Shown piece by piece: positions 35,940-50,835 of a DNA stretch of 64,000 bases. The stretch spans positions 16,678,001 through 16,742,000 of the forward strand of contig JAQFVV010000006.1 of the NCBI GenBank assembly GCA_028023455.1, given 5' to 3'. Every line of letters starts with the position of its first letter. Positions within the stretch are counted from its first letter, which is position 1. This stretch comes from Epiperipatus broadwayi (Eukaryota; Animalia; Onychophora). The notes beneath the pieces were generated by a model, which saw only the letters and a program-made list of their open reading frames with translations, searched no databases and had not been told where the DNA came from. Made by a program: the position numbers and the translations under genes.

Positions 35940-38590
35940 TTGATTTATATACTTACAACTACAGTCACTTTCAAGTGTAAGATTGCATGAAGGAAGAACA
36001 ACTGTCTAATATTAAATGGGACATTGTAAGAGTTTGTGACATTAGAAGAAAAAATAATGATTTAAAAAGTCGACCCATACTTTACTACAAAGACACAGAT
36101 ATTGGAAGTACAAGTGGAATGGGATTCATTATAAATAAAAATTGTGACAACATTAGTGTGGAGATTCAAACAGAGTGCAAGATAAGTTATTCAATTTAAT
36201 GGAAAATATCAAATGCAGACAATTCAGGTTTATGTCCCAACAAATTCTCACTATGATGAAGAAGTAGATAATTTTTATATAGATTTACAAAATGTTTTTG
36301 ATCAGAACAAACATTTAAAATTATCATGGGGGACTTTAATTCTGTAATTGGAAAATGACTAAAAGATGAGGATGTTGTGGATAAATTTGATTATGATGAC
36401 AGAAATGAGAGAGAACACAGACTGACTCATCAAATTCACAGAGAAAGAAAAACTATATTATGAATTCTTTCTTTGAGGAAAAATACTAGAACGGAAAAGG
36501 ACATGGAAGTATCCAAATAAAGGTATAGTAAATTGGATTATATTTTGACAAACAGAAAATATATATTTCCAGATTGGAATATTTTTAGTGAATTAAACAA
36601 AGGAAATGATCCTCAACTAGTGAGTTAGTGCAAAAACTAGAGACAACAATTATTATGAAAAACAGTTTTCACAGTTCATATTTCTGACTTTTGGAAACAG
36701 TATAATGAATTTATATTAGAAGTTGTAAATCATTTTTAAAGTACTAATTAATAGATTTTGAAGTTGATTCAGCTTTGAATGAAATCGGTTAAAAAATAAC
36801 TAATTAAAATCAAGAAAAAGCAGTAGTTTACCAGTAAATTTTTTACTGAGACAAAACAATGTATGAAGAAAAGAAAGAATATGAAAATGTATAAAAGTGA
36901 TCTATTAAGAAGAATTGAATTTCTGAAGTTTTGTAAAATGGTACAAAAAAGAGCTCATAACAATGGAAAATTGAATTGTTAATTAGCCAGGAAAGCTGTA
37001 AAAGAGGATAGAAGTTTCAAAAGTGAAATCAACATCTTGATACTGGTAGGAAACTTATTTCTGCAAAAAGAAGAAAAGGTAGACGAAGCCATTATTAAAA
37101 AGACAGATGACATCATAAAATGTTTATTAGAGCTATCTCCTACAATAACTACATCTTTTGTATCGCCAAGCATTTTAAATGAAAAAAAGGAGACATGCAG
37201 ACTAAATCTATAAAAAAAAAAAACCTCCAGAAATGAAAGCATTATAGTCAATATCTTAAAAGAAGCAGTGAAGAAATAGAAAATTGTTAACATAGTTATA
37301 TGCCAAATGTCTAAATTATAAAGATGTACCAAATGATTGGAAGAATGCAGTTATAATATTTATATGTAGAAAAGGTGATAAGGAAGATGTTAGAAATTGC
37401 AGACCTATCAGTTCTATATAAAAATTTTTCAAGATAATCAACAATTTCTCTATGACAAAACTTTGAATTTTAATCAATCAAAAAAATAAACCGGATTTTA
37501 AAGTGGTTTTAGCACAGTGGATCACATTTAAGTATTGAGAGAAGTTATACAAAGGACCAACGAATATGAATTGGCATTGTGCTTTGAATTTATAGATTAT
37601 GAAAGAGCATTTGATTCTGTGAGCATTTCTACAATGATTAAAGCATTGGATCATCAAAGTATAGAGCCAGGATATTGACATACTCTGAAGAATATTGATT
37701 AAAATAACAGCAATGATTAGATAACATGATTGATATTAAGAAGATTAAAATTGAGAAGGGTGTACAATAAAGTAATTTAAAATCTCAAAAAGTTTTGACA
37801 GAACTTTTACAAGAATTATTTTGTGGATTACAATGGGAAAGGTAATATACAAAAGAAATAGGGATTATTTAAGTCATCTAGATTTTGGTGTTGTTTTTTA
37901 CAATGCTTTAGCGTTTCAGGAAATATTGCAAGAGTTATTAGTGAAAATAACAAAGAAGGAGCTAAGATAAATGTTAAAAAGACTAAAATAATGTTCAATG
38001 GACTTTTTCATAAAAAAACAAAAAACAAATATGAATAATAATGAATTAAAAGTTAATAACTATAAATATTTTTGGTCAGATTATTAATACAGATGAAAAC
38101 ATAATGGATGAAATTAATCATAGAATTAAACTTAGTAGTTGGAGTGCGTTTGGTAGAAATACTTTACTATTAAAAGAAAATGTGTTTTGCCAGTTTGTAC
38201 TTATGATCCGAGTTATGGACTCTTAACAGAAGGGCAATTCAGAAACTTCAGACTAGTCAATGAAATATGGAGAAGTGTATGTTAGGTGTGAGAAGAAGAG
38301 ATTAAAAAGCAAAATATATATGAGTGAGAGACCAAGCAAGTATCACTAACATCATTGAAAAAATTGAGAGACTGAAATGGAGGTGGGCCATACATACTGC
38401 TTGAAGATATGATACTAGATGGATAGTTGAAGAAGTCGTGAACCGACTTCAAGAAAGTGTAAAAGACCTAGAGAAATACTACATGTGAAATGGATAATCG
38501 AAATAAGGAAGTTCACAAATTTGATTAAACTTAAAGAGATCATCCTGCTTTGGATCGGTAATGGTTCAAAATGGTTGATGTTAATGAGGA
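35940..38590 (+). mobile_element. Near full-length, heavily decayed RTE-clade LINE (APE + RT)
   Basis: APE motifs KWDIV, IQVYVPT, IIMGDFNS, WKYPN and KLDYIL; RT motifs GFKSGFSTVDHI and FIDYERAFDSV; C-terminal WSAFGRN and LKWRWA; 3' end similar to the (GAT)n-tailed copies. Many stops and frameshifts. Confidence 0.9.
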
Positions 38591-41500
38591 GACATCAAAG
38601 AATTTCACAAAATCTTTATTAAAGATTTTACTCCGAATTCAAGTATATTTATAATTTACAAGTTGGCTGGTTGCCAGTCATTCATTTCATGCTTTAATAG
38701 TCATCAAATATTGCATAAGAATGAGGACTTCAAGACATCTGTTTTTTTTTTCAAGGCATTTTTCAGGAAATAAATATTGTCTCTTTGAAGTTTGTAAATC
38801 GTAAAATAATGCTAAAGGCTTTAATGGGTTAGCTCAAATATTTTAGTACTCTTGTTTGAATTGCCGATACATGTAAGCAAATTATTTTAATTTTTTCCTT
38901 TCATTAAAATAAATGTTTCATGGAAAAATTTGTTTACATATTTTATTATTATCCGATAAGCTTAATTATTTTAGTCATTAAAAAACAAATATCTATCAGT
39001 CCGTCCCGCTTTTTTAATTGCTGTATATATTAATTTTCTATACCAATCTTTTAGTCATAATATGTATTTAACATATTTTTATTATTTGAAAAATAATTTT
39101 TGTATTTTTAAATTTATAGAGGAGAATATATTATTTCGTCTACCACTATCATTATGTTTTATTGATAGAACTCTGCTGTTTAGCGCTATAGTTGCGTAGT
39201 GGACTTAAGGATTTAAAGGTTCCTGGAGTCGCTTTTCAATTGATCAATTGAATTAAAATTGGAGTGTTTAGCCTGTTACTTAGATGTCAAATTACCTATA
39301 AATTTGATCATGTGATTATTTTTGCACCATATGTTTTAGTGGTAGTCTAGCTTATTCTAGAGTTGATTCTCAGCTGACTAAAATAAAAAAAATAAACTCA
39401 GTTTGGTTAAGTGGAAGAGAGGAACTATTTACTCGACTGCCATGTGACCTCTTGACAAGAGCAATTAATGTTGGATTATTTATTTATTCGTTGAGACGAA
39501 TGCGGTTAAATCAGTTTTTGCAATTAAACACCAAAGTTTTAATGATAAATTCCAAAGTTTTTTCTTTATTTAAGCCGCATTTAGGATCTTTTTATGAATC
39601 GATGCATTTGTTAATATTACGAGTCATATCTTTTGTGAATCTATGTATCTTCTTTTATGGAAGATGATAAAACAAATGTAGTTAGATGAGAAATATTTTG
39701 ATCGTCCAGTGCCCAGAATGTTTATTTTTCCATTTCAATGTGTGTGTGTTAACAATTAAATGTAATTTAAAAAAAGAGAGTCAATTTTGAAAAATATGAA
39801 TAAAATATTGGGGGGGGGGGGGGAAAAAAAAAAAAAACCCATTTGTATAAATACTGAAAAGAGAATTCTGTAATCTCTGTTGTATAATAATGTAGAGTCA
39901 TTCAAGCACCGCGTCTATTTATATGGCCGGTTGCTCAGGAAATCAAATGACTGCCTCAAAGTAGTAAGTTAAGCACATTTTTTTTTTTTTTTAAAAAATA
40001 AATAAATTACGGAATCAATCCTGAAATGTTTACTTCTCATAACTAAATAAGAATAAAAGGATTATTATTAGAATAAAAGGATTATTAAGTAGAAAAAAAA
40101 ACATATTAGCTAATAATGTGAATCATATTTTAATTAATTTTCATGTTTAAACAGAAAAATACGTTAACTTATAAATAGTCTATTGCAGGGCAAAGATGTC
40201 TTCCACAATTTTCCCTAAAGAAACAGTGGAAAAAAATGCGGTGCTGACCTAGACTTTTCAGTGCCGATGTTTTGAGAAGTTTTCCATCCGCGTTTTATTT
40301 TCTAGTGTACCCACTTACCGACCATTGCTGGATAGTTATTGCGTTGGCTATGACTAACTATCTGAAAGAATAATCCTACTTCTACACACCAAGATATAGC
40401 TTATTATATGTATGCAAATGTTATATATTTATAAAGATAAATGAAATGCAATCTATTTCCATTTAACTTTCAGTGCTATACTTAATTTTGTTTTTGTTAA
40501 TAATAGTAATATTAATAATTCGTAGTATAAGTATTTATATGCTGCTGAAATTTAAGTAAAGTTTGTTCTAATTTTGACTAAGGTTTCTATTTTATAGCAG
40601 TTGAAATATATCATGAACAAATAAACAGACAGTAAAATTGAGTGTAAAATTTAAGAACTAAAGAGTTGGAGAGTTTTATAACTTGTTTTTATTAATAATA
40701 TATATATATATTAAGAATTAACATATTGATATACTTAAACTTATCTACATATGTATGTGTTTGTATAATTGTTTTGAAATCTAGTTATTTCTGGGGGGAG
40801 GGGGGAGGAAGGTAAAGTTGGTTATTACAGTATTCTTTAGCAAGTCATTAAATAGTTATTTTGTTTCTGTTATTGGTTTGTTATGAACATGTTTTACAAG
40901 GTTTTTTTTATTATATTTATTTATATATATTTTTTAAAAATGTCACATAAATAATGTGAAATTAAAATGGGAACACAGTCAACTGATAAAAATAAAAACT
41001 ATCCACATCAAAGTCATTTTCTGAATATAAAATTACAGAACATGGTTGTTCCAGTTTAGCTCATATATACGACCTTAGTGGCAATTTAAACATTTTATTT
41101 TGTATTCCGATAATCATTACATTATTTATTACAAATATAAGTTTACAAATACAAGACATTCTAAAAATAATTTTTGAGCTTTGGAAAAAAATAAAGATCT
41201 AGCATGAATACTTTAGAATAATTGATTTTTTTTTTTGCCTTGGATTGTAGGCCCTTCACTTATTTATAAAAATTATTGAGCAAATTTGTTCTTATTTGAA
41301 TTTCATTTTTAAAATCAAAATATTTGTTTAGACATCAAAAGGCAACAAAATTATGTTTTAAAATTTAAAATTGCATTTATTATTATTAAAATATAAAAAT
41401 GTTCACCAGTCTTTATGAAAGCATTTTTTCCCAGCAAATCCATCTCTACTTCCTCTTTATTATTAATTAAGATTTTATTGATTTGTCTTCTTAACCTTCT

Positions 41501-42699
41501 CATATTTTGTTTTTTTTTCTGATGTTTATCTTTGTTCACACACTTATTGTAAAATATAAAATGAAATTATTACTTATCAGAAAATAATAAATTTGACTTC
41601 ATTTGATAGATATTTTTGTTTACTACTAAAATAAATTTTAAATGTTCACATTTTGTTTCTATAAATATTAAAAAAGTGAGATTGTAATAAAAACAAAAAG
41701 ATTACACATCATTATTTCTAGAAAGATTATTTTCAGTTTACAAAATCAATGAAATCTTAGTTATTTCTGATTATCTTTAAAAATCTGAAAGAATATTTAT
41801 TGCAAAATTGTGATATTTTCATATTCATAAGTATAAGTAGATTGCTTATGTAGAAGCTAAGCCTCTAAATAGCTTCAGGTCATATTCACGTTAGCTGCTA
41901 ATATAATACTATATTTTTGAAAATAAAGTATTTCCAGTCAAAATAAGTTAAATAATTTATATTTCTTGATATATAATAAATGTAGTGTAAATTATTGTAA
42001 AAAAAAATCTAAAGCCATAATAAATTTGCAAATAAACATGTTTTTGGTCATTTGAATCATTTTCTTTAACAATGTCATAAAATGTTTGCTGTTTTATGGT
42101 CTTTCTTGAAACAATGACTGTGCAAGTCAATGGTGGCACTTAATTCTTTTGTTTAGTGGTTTTCTTTGATTTTCTTAGCATCTATTGTAATTTTTGAATG
42201 AAAGTTTTATAATATAAAATATACAGAAAAATACTTTTGATATATAATACTTGTGGAAAAATTTACCAGGGGGTGAATCACTGAAAGCATGAATATATTC
42301 ACATGAAAATTACAAAGGGTTTTAAAAAAAACAGTTTCAAATAAAATCTAATTATAATATTTGTTGGTTTGTTTTAAATAAATATTTTACAAATATGGTA
42401 CATTAATAAGCATAAATATGTAAATAAATTACTGAAAATTACAACCTACCCCCCCCCCCCAAAAAAAAAACAAAACAAAAGAAAAAAAGCTCACTCTTAA
42501 AACTTGAGAATAAAGAATCCAACATGCAATCAATGAGTAATATTTTCTGTTCATTTTGAATATGAAAATTTGCATGATGTTTGAAATGCGATGAGATGAG
42601 ATGCACTGTGACTTCTTTATCAGAGTTAGGAATCTTTCAGCTACCACACCCAGAGAAACCTGTTAGCCACTTTACTTTCTCTTTCCATTCCCCACTCTT

Positions 42700-43010
42700 A
42701 AGTTTTTTCCATATTCTTCTCTATCTTGCTCTATCCCATTTCCGTAACATAATCTTTGTCAACTCCATGGCCTTTATATCTAAATCCCTCATATCTTTTT
42801 CCAAACCCAGCATAAAAATCAAGAACCCCACCTTCTATATAATCATTTTATTTATATTTCCACAATTTCATTATTTATGCCCTTTCTATTTGCAAACATT
42901 TACATTCAGTTAACATTATGCCTAATATTTTCTATACCTGCCTTACATAACCTGCAGACTAAATCACCCACATTTTTCCATTTATGTGTATATTCACTTG
43001 TTGCTAAGGA
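42700..43010 (-). mobile_element. Possible RTE-like LINE 3' remnant
   Basis: Minus strand GLEKDMRDLDIK...WDRAR*RRI resembles the DM..L....DR..WR end of RTE-type ORFs. Confidence 0.4.
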
Positions 43011-45137
43011 TCCTGCTATTGTGATAACTGGAGAATTCAAAGTTTCTCAGATTACACACCTGTGATTTCAGCAGCACCCTCTGGAATACCCAGAGCTTTG
43101 CAGTCAGCAGAGTTTATAAATATTGTACTATTTTTTAATAATCTAAATATATAATTTGTGTAAATTTGCATCTATTTACATATATTTATTAAATGATGTT
43201 ACTTAATAGAATAATTTTAATTTCAGGAATTTCCACCCCTCCATTTTAATAATTACGATTTAAAGCCAAATTTGATGAATATTAAGTGTTCTGCTTGAAA
43301 TAAAATCAAGCAATGACATCTCCATTTTAGAATTAATTGTAAACTTTAATAATCTCAGCATATCTTAAGAGGGAAATTTTTAGTTATTATAAAAATGTAA
43401 CAGTTCTGTAATTTGAGAAATTATTTTATTTCTATTGTTATTAGTTTATGAACCCTTTGTATTTTTAATAAGTAATGAGATTTATGTTTGTATATTCAGT
43501 TTCTTTAATCTTTTCGTTTTTCAATTTAATATTTCGGAATTTTTTTTGGGAATGATTGGCTGGGTTAAGTTATTTTTTTAAAAACATCAGTATTTAGAAT
43601 ATTCAAGTGTTTGCTGTTGTTAATAGTTTTTTTTCTGTATATTTTTGAAAAGTAAATACCCCCCCCCCCTTCTGCTCCTAGCTATATATTAAACCTGAAA
43701 AAACGAAAGGTTTGATTGATAAAATAAAAAAGTAAACGATTAATAATAACAACCAGAGGTTATTATAGTTTTTTTTTTTTTTTAAATATAGTAATTTAAC
43801 TGTAAGGCTTTGCTATTTTATTCAGCAGGTGTTTTTGATGTTCGCTCCTTCCACTACAATAAATTTTATGAACTTCTATGGAAACATTATATGTGGGTAT
43901 ATAATCTGCTTGTAGAGTTTTTAAATTTATAATTGTAAATGTTAATCATTTTTAGTAGTTGTGATCTATAGATAAAAATGTATAAACGCATATGTAATTT
44001 TCCGATTACATCAGATATTGATACCCGGAAGTAAATATTCTGTTTAACATTTTCACATCCAACAATTTAAAAACGTTTACAACTAAAATTTTAATAAAGA
44101 GGTATATTTAGAGCTCGATGTTAAATCTTGTAGGGAGGGGAGCATTTTCCTTATCTAACTTTAAATGTATAGTGATTTGATTTTTTTTATTTATTTAAAA
44201 TTATTATTTAAATTCTATCAAGGATTGTTGCTGAATTATTTACAGTTTTTGTTACTTTTTTTTTTTTCTATTTTTATTAAAAAAAAAAATCTTAATACTC
44301 CCGCATTGTTGATGGTATATTGCAGCTGACATATAAAAATGTGTGACTCAAATATTTTAATATATATACAGACTGAATCCTGTTAATCTGGCTTTATTAT
44401 TGATTAACTTATATCCTGATAAAGATTTAGGCAAGCTCCTTATTAATTTTTCATTTTTGTCAGAAATTATACACACGGGTTAGGATTTAATTAATTGAAT
44501 TATTATTATTAATTAATTAATTTATTTAATGTTGAATACACACGTACTAGAAAACAAACAGTAAATGCAGTTTAGGAAATGAACTAATATATGCGCATAT
44601 TTAAGGAATAACATTAAAGAAAAAATGTATCCAGATAAACAGCCAACATTTAAAAAGCTTATTTGAATAGCTGCTATATAAATAGTTGATAATCGACTAA
44701 GTATTAATAGATTTGCTTTTAAACACATAAATAAAAATACAAGTTTAGTGTTTGCAATATATCGCTTTTGGAATCAATCCATTTCAATATGCTAACATAA
44801 CTTTCAATGTCTTTACAATGATAGCACAGTATTCTTTTTCCACTAACGCAAGGATTCTGTTTTGGTTGACTTTAAATATGGCTTTTTTCTTTGCATATGA
44901 TTGATTAACTCCTATTTGTATTAATTATATGATCTGATTATCTAATTCGTAAATCCTTATAACAAAAATATCTTTGTCTAAATTTATTCTTTTTTGTTGT
45001 AAAAACGTCCTATATCCTATTTATATTTTAGAATAAATAATTCTTTTTCACTACTAGTTTTGATTATTCAACTTATTATATACAATTTTAATTCTCAAAA
45101 TTGGAAAAGAATAAATATCTTTATGCTGTTCTTCCAT

Positions 45138-45735
45138 AAAATAATAATCAGAAAATAATAAATTCTTTACAACAGCTGTATAAATATCAGATTTCTTTAA
45201 AAATACATAAAAAGCCTTTTTCAGTACCTGATTTGGTGCCCTTTTCAAATGTTAATTATCTATTTATTACATTAATGAACCATTTCAGACATAAAACCAT
45301 CTAGTGTTTAATAATGAAATTAAAACAAAGAATAACAATATAAATCATAAAAATAAAAAAAAATCAAAACATGCATATATAAATCCAGTAATTACAAAAT
45401 AATTGATTATATCATAAGAATACAATAAAAATAAATTATGCATTTTTTACAATTATATGTATGTCAATTTATATAATTTTCCATTCATTTTTAATTAACC
45501 AATTAACCAAATTTATAGAAGTCTTGTAAATATTCATACAAATATTTTTAATATAGTATGTTTCCTATATTTGTCTTCTTTTTGGATCTTTGATGTAATT
45601 TAAACATTTAATACTTTTTGTAATGTCTATTCTATGCCTGTATTTCAAGTAATGAAAAAGGCTTTTTATGTATATTAAAAATTTGATATTTATATAGCTG
45701 TTGTAAAGAATTTATTATTTTCTGATTATTATTTT
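45138..45735. mobile_element. MITE-like element with ~95 bp inverted arms
   Basis: 45138-45232 (aaaataataatcagaaaataataaattctttacaacagct...) is the reverse complement of ~45643-45735. Confidence 0.65.
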
Positions 45736-46283
45736 AATTCTATATTTACTATGTTTGTTTGACATTATGTGTTAGATATTTTCTAATGTTATGAAATTTA
45801 CATTATATATATATTGTTTAATGACATACATAATAGTCAATGTTATTATTATTTTAAAAAAAAAGAAGAGATATGTTTTTACTTTTTTTTAATTATGGTG
45901 AAAAAAAACAATTATCTTTAAATTAGCTGACATAAAATGTGCAACATTTTAATGTTCTTTTTCTTCTCTGAAATCTATTTTTTTTTTTTAAAACATAGGG
46001 TGGGAGTATTTGAAAGGGGGGGGGACTTAATAGACAGATTAAGTAACAAATATTATAATTATATAAAAATAAATGTTCAAAATAAACAATATATTAATTT
46101 ATATTTATTATTTGGGTTTCTGGATTATTGATAGATGCATCTTTATATATAATATATACATAAATAAAGTATCATCTATTTCTTCCACATACATAAAAAT
46201 ACTTTTTTCAGTCAGTTATTTGATATTTATAAAATTCTCTACCCAAAGTTACATCAGAAAAGTGTTATAGATATATAGTAGAT

Positions 46284-46637
46284 CAGCGGTCCCCAACCTT
46301 TTTGCACTTAATAGCGCATTCTATAATACTGGCAAGGTGGTGGGCACCATTTATTTTTTCAATGTAAATTTATAGTTGGATATTGTTAATAATACACATA
46401 ATATACAAAAAAATATTTATTTCAAAAATAAAATTTTAACATATAATTAACGTTTATATTTTACGCTGAAAAAGTATAGTATGCCCTATAATTTGATTAC
46501 AATATAATACAATAATTTATAAGAAATTTTGTGTCAGATAAATAATTTTTTATCGTGTTTGGATAGTGGCGGACACACATAAAATAAATGGTCTGCAGGC
46601 ACCACGGTGCCTGCGGGCATAGGGTTGGGGACCCCTG
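46284..46637. mobile_element. Non-autonomous hAT (Charlie-like) MITE
   Basis: TIRs CAGCGGTCCCCAACCT and AGGGTTGGGGACCCCTG; 8 bp flanks TAGTAGAT / TAATATAT (6/8) fit a hAT TSD. Confidence 0.8.
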
Positions 46638-47337
46638 TAATATATTATTATTAACAACAGGTGCTTTAATATATGCTTTAGTCTTAACTTCTTAGGTTAT
46701 AGCTGTTGGATATTATTACTTTGTGTCTTATCAATTGCACACATGCAAAATTGTTTCATTGAGTAATGTTGAAGATACAAAACTTTTTCAATATCACAAT
46801 ATATATATATAAAAGAGTATTTCAAATTTAAATTTTACTTACAAAGATTTGATAGATGCTTATATTTTTTTATATAAATTGCTGATTGATTTTTGCATTC
46901 ACTCATTCTTAAATATATATATATATATATATTAAAAATAAACTTCACCAAGTCATTATTTTTTATGTAGTTTTAAATAATTTATATATATATTTTTAAG
47001 TAAAATTTCTGTATATAAACATTGCCAATAAGCCAAACTATCTTTATGCTTTATGAAAATAGGAAAAAAAAAAAGCATATCAGGTCATGATAAAAACTCT
47101 TGGGACGTATTGGTTAATGTACTCACTATCCAGGGCCACTCTTCTTTGTAAAAGGATCAGATGCAAGTAGTTTTTAGGATTTCCAACAAAATTTCAAACA
47201 AAAAGATTTAGATTCAGATAGCGTTACCAATATTATGGAAGCATTTTATAATTTTTATACATAGATCTTGTAAATATTAATTATTATTATTATATACAGT
47301 TTATTATTCAATATAATACTTTCTAAATAATTAAGTC

Positions 47338-47830
47338 ATTTGCAGATGATGTAATTGTTTTTACAAATAATGCTTCAGAGCATCAGGAAATGTTCCAAGA
47401 GTTATTAGATAAAAATAATAAAATAGGAATAAAGATAATGCTAAAAGACAAGTAATAAAGATCGATCTTTTCTCAGAAGAAGAAAATAAAGATTGATAAT
47501 GGTAAATTAAAAAAAGTTAAGAAATGCAAATACCTTGATCAGAGACGAGAACATGATGTATGAAATTAATTATAGAATTAAATTTGGATGATAGAAATAA
47601 TAGACTTCAGACCATTCAACAAAGTATGGAGATGTATGTTAGGAGTAATGAGAAGGAATCAAAAATAATAGCTGGATAATTGAAATCAAATTAGATTCCA
47701 AGAAATTGTAAAAGACTTAGAAACTCCGTGAGATGAATGGGATGAAAAACGAAAGTGTATTGGGGTGATATAGAGAAAAGAGGATAGAGCTCAAAGAAAC
47801 TGGATTAAACTTGGAAATGATGATTATGAA
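47338..47830 (+). mobile_element. RTE LINE fragment (RT C-terminal half, internally deleted)
   Basis: FADDVIVFTNNASEHQEMFQELL...; ends in ggattaaacttggaaatgatgattatga, like the family 3' end. Confidence 0.75.
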
Positions 47831-48204
47831 AAATGTACTTTAAAAGAAACCACGCCCCTTTTTGTTTCTATTTCATTGATAACATTGGTAAAAGTCATAT
47901 TTTTTTCCAGTTTTTTTGATATAATTAATGTCTTTAATTGATTTTCACAGATTGCAAAGTTAAGATAATTTTCTATAGGCTTCAGTTTACTGTATATAAT
48001 TGTAATATATCCGGGAAATCGTTTACATTTTCTTTCAAAATCAATCTTCTTAGTAATAATACTTTTTAGATAAGATCTTAATCTAAATTGTTTTTAAAAA
48101 ATGTGATGAAATCTCGATATTTTTTTATTAAGAATAGGAAAATATGCTATTAAAATATAATATTATTACTTACAATTTTTTTCCTTTGCTTTTGTCTGTG
48201 AGGA

Positions 48205-48206
<2 letters not shown>

Positions 48207-48250
<44 letters not shown>

Positions 48251-48390
48251 CATTATCAATCCACTGCAGGATGAAGGTCTCTCCAAGTTTAATCCATCTT
48301 CTCCGATCTTTAGCTTCTCTTCTCCACAACACCCCTGTTATACTTTCCTAATTCTCCATCTAATATCACTGTCTTCCCTATAATCATTTT
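48207..48390 (-). mobile_element. Short RTE 3' end with (GAT)13 tail
   Basis: (CAT)13 at 48208-48246 followed by aaacattatcaatccactgcaggatgaagg..., nearly identical to the 3' end of the 53005-53760 copy. Confidence 0.85.
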
Positions 48391-49117
48391 CAAGATTAGA
48401 ATAATGCACTGTGTATCTGGATATGGAAAAGAAATAGTTAATAAAACAAAACAATTTATATATAAATTGTTAATATTTTTGAGTGGGTATTTAAGCGAAA
48501 TAGTATTATTAGTTCCAGATTAATTTATTTTCATCTAAATAATATCACCACATTGAAAAAAAAACACCCAAAAATTGTAATCGTTGTATGGCAAAGCTTT
48601 CGTCATCGATGAAGTGGTATTTTTATAATTTAACGTAAGTGTAAATACAGTAAATAAATGAAAAATTATCAAGAGGGTTTTTAATTCATCACTTAACATT
48701 AAAAGCAAGAAGGTACAATTTGTAAAGCTCCAATAGATGAAATGTTAATGATTTTTAATACTGTATATCATTTTTTATAAGAAATTATGGAGAAAGAAAG
48801 ATCTACACCGAAAGGACATATTTTATTAAAGTTTAAAGCAATAAAAACAAAAAAAACTAATTATAATCTCAGAATTTTTGAAATTGATGGATCCATTATA
48901 TACTAAAGAGCATCAAATAGCGCCAAGAAAATAAAATGCAGATACATTATTTCTACCTATATAAAAAAGTGACTTTTAGAAGTCAGTTTTGGTGTGAATA
49001 ACATTTAAAACATTTTTGAAGTAATATTTTGTTGTTCTATTATGTATCAGAATGTTTCATAACTATTCTATTTTTTTAAAAATCAGTTCTGACATAAGGA
49101 TTTGATCTTTGTGTTTG

Positions 49118-49581
49118 CCTGAAGGTTTGGGGTGATGGCATTTTAGTTGTACTTCTGTGTTGGACCATTTTCATTATGTCTTCAGAAAATTTTTTAAACT
49201 TTATTTAAATTTTTCAATTACATTCAACTGTTAGTAATAGCACACAGGTAAGTATATAATACTGTTCAACATTTTGAGTAGTATTATTTTCCTGTCTTCT
49301 TCAGTATTGCTGGCCTGATCAATGATAGTATTAGCTTAAGAATTGAACACCGGACTTTTAGATTTTTGAATATTGAATTTTAAGGTAATGCTCTGAGGAA
49401 GAATAGCTCAAATTGTTAGAGCATTATCTTAAAATTAGATTTTCAAGAATTTAGAGGTCTAAGTTAACCCTGGGAGAAGAGACAATTACCACTCAAAATG
49501 TTTCATTGCACACTCAACTGTGTGCTATTATTAACAGTTGAATGTAATTAGAAAATTGAAATAAAGTTTAAAAATTATTCT
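49118..49581 (-). mobile_element. Family C fold-back PLE mini-element (a further fragment at ~49765-49915)
   Basis: Tail cctgaaggtttggggtgatggcattttag on the left only; arms inverted about ~49398; both arms start with a tRNA-like head; HHR-like core tcttcag at ~49298-49304. Confidence 0.7.
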
Positions 49582-50835
49582 AGGTGTTGGAAGTAGCCCA
49601 AGATTTATATATTAATTTTGTTATTTGATAATAGTTTTATAATTGCTATATTGTATATTTTTCATTTTAGGATCATTGTGACAATCATTCGAAAAAATAC
49701 TGCATTCTAATGCAGAAGAAAAGAAAGGATGGAATAAATAATAAGCTTTTTAATTTTGCAGTGACCATACAAATCATAAGATGTGTTATGTTGGACTATT
49801 TCCATCATTTATGAGTGAATGTTGAATGTATAGAAAATTTTAAACTTTATTTAAACTTTTCAAATACAAACAACTTGTTAGTAATAACACACAAATAGAC
49901 ACTACAGGTTACTAATTACAAACCTTCGGACAAATACCATACAAATCAATCTGTGAAACAAACAAATGAGCCTATGCCTATTAAATGTTGACTATTAAAT
50001 CTTTATTTGACATTTTGAGATGCGTCTTTTAGCTTGTGCTTGTAAACTTTTTTTTGAAAGAGTTCAATGTTTTGCCAAATTCTATCTTCAGTTATGATCC
50101 CTCCCTCTCCTGTAAAGTTATCTTTATAGCATCTGAGATAATGTTACAATGTAAATAAAGTTTTCTCAGTTCTACACAAAACGTTACCATAAAATATTTT
50201 TATAGAGAATGTAAACAAATATTTAACTCAAGTGATAACTCACTTTTTCTTTTTTTATAAAAGAATTTATATTTCTTTTGAAATTTTTAATCTTTGACTT
50301 TTTTTAAATTACTGTCAATAAATCTTCAGTTTTCTGATGCCTAATCAATTTTTCATTCCTATTTAATTTGTGTACGGTTAATTAATTACCCTTAAATATA
50401 TTAGAATACATTATGAATAATTAGTAATAAAAGTGTAATATGTGATGATATATAAATTTGTTATCATATCTTAAAAGAAACCGCACGTAACAAGTGTTTG
50501 CCATTGTCAATCAACTTATTGAATATATAGGTATCTGTTATCTCTTGTAATGAGTATATTTGCTGTTGTCAGTCAACATGTTAAATTTATTTGTTAACTG
50601 TTATCTCACATTTGTAATATCAAAAATATTATAATCCTCGAAAGGGGAGGGAGTTCCCTTTGCCAATAAAAAATGTCAAAAAGAAATAATATTTTTTTCC
50701 CATAAAATCTTTTACTAGGTTAATGGGGTGAAAGTTGTTAAAACAAGTTATTATTTAAAAAAAAATATATATTTTTTATAGAATTTAAATTTATCAAATA
50801 AATCATATAGCATAGAAGTAGGATGAAAGCGTTTT

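Noticed and set aside
48144-48383. Poly-serine ORF
   Set aside because: Produced by the (CAT)13 tail of an antisense RTE 3' end.
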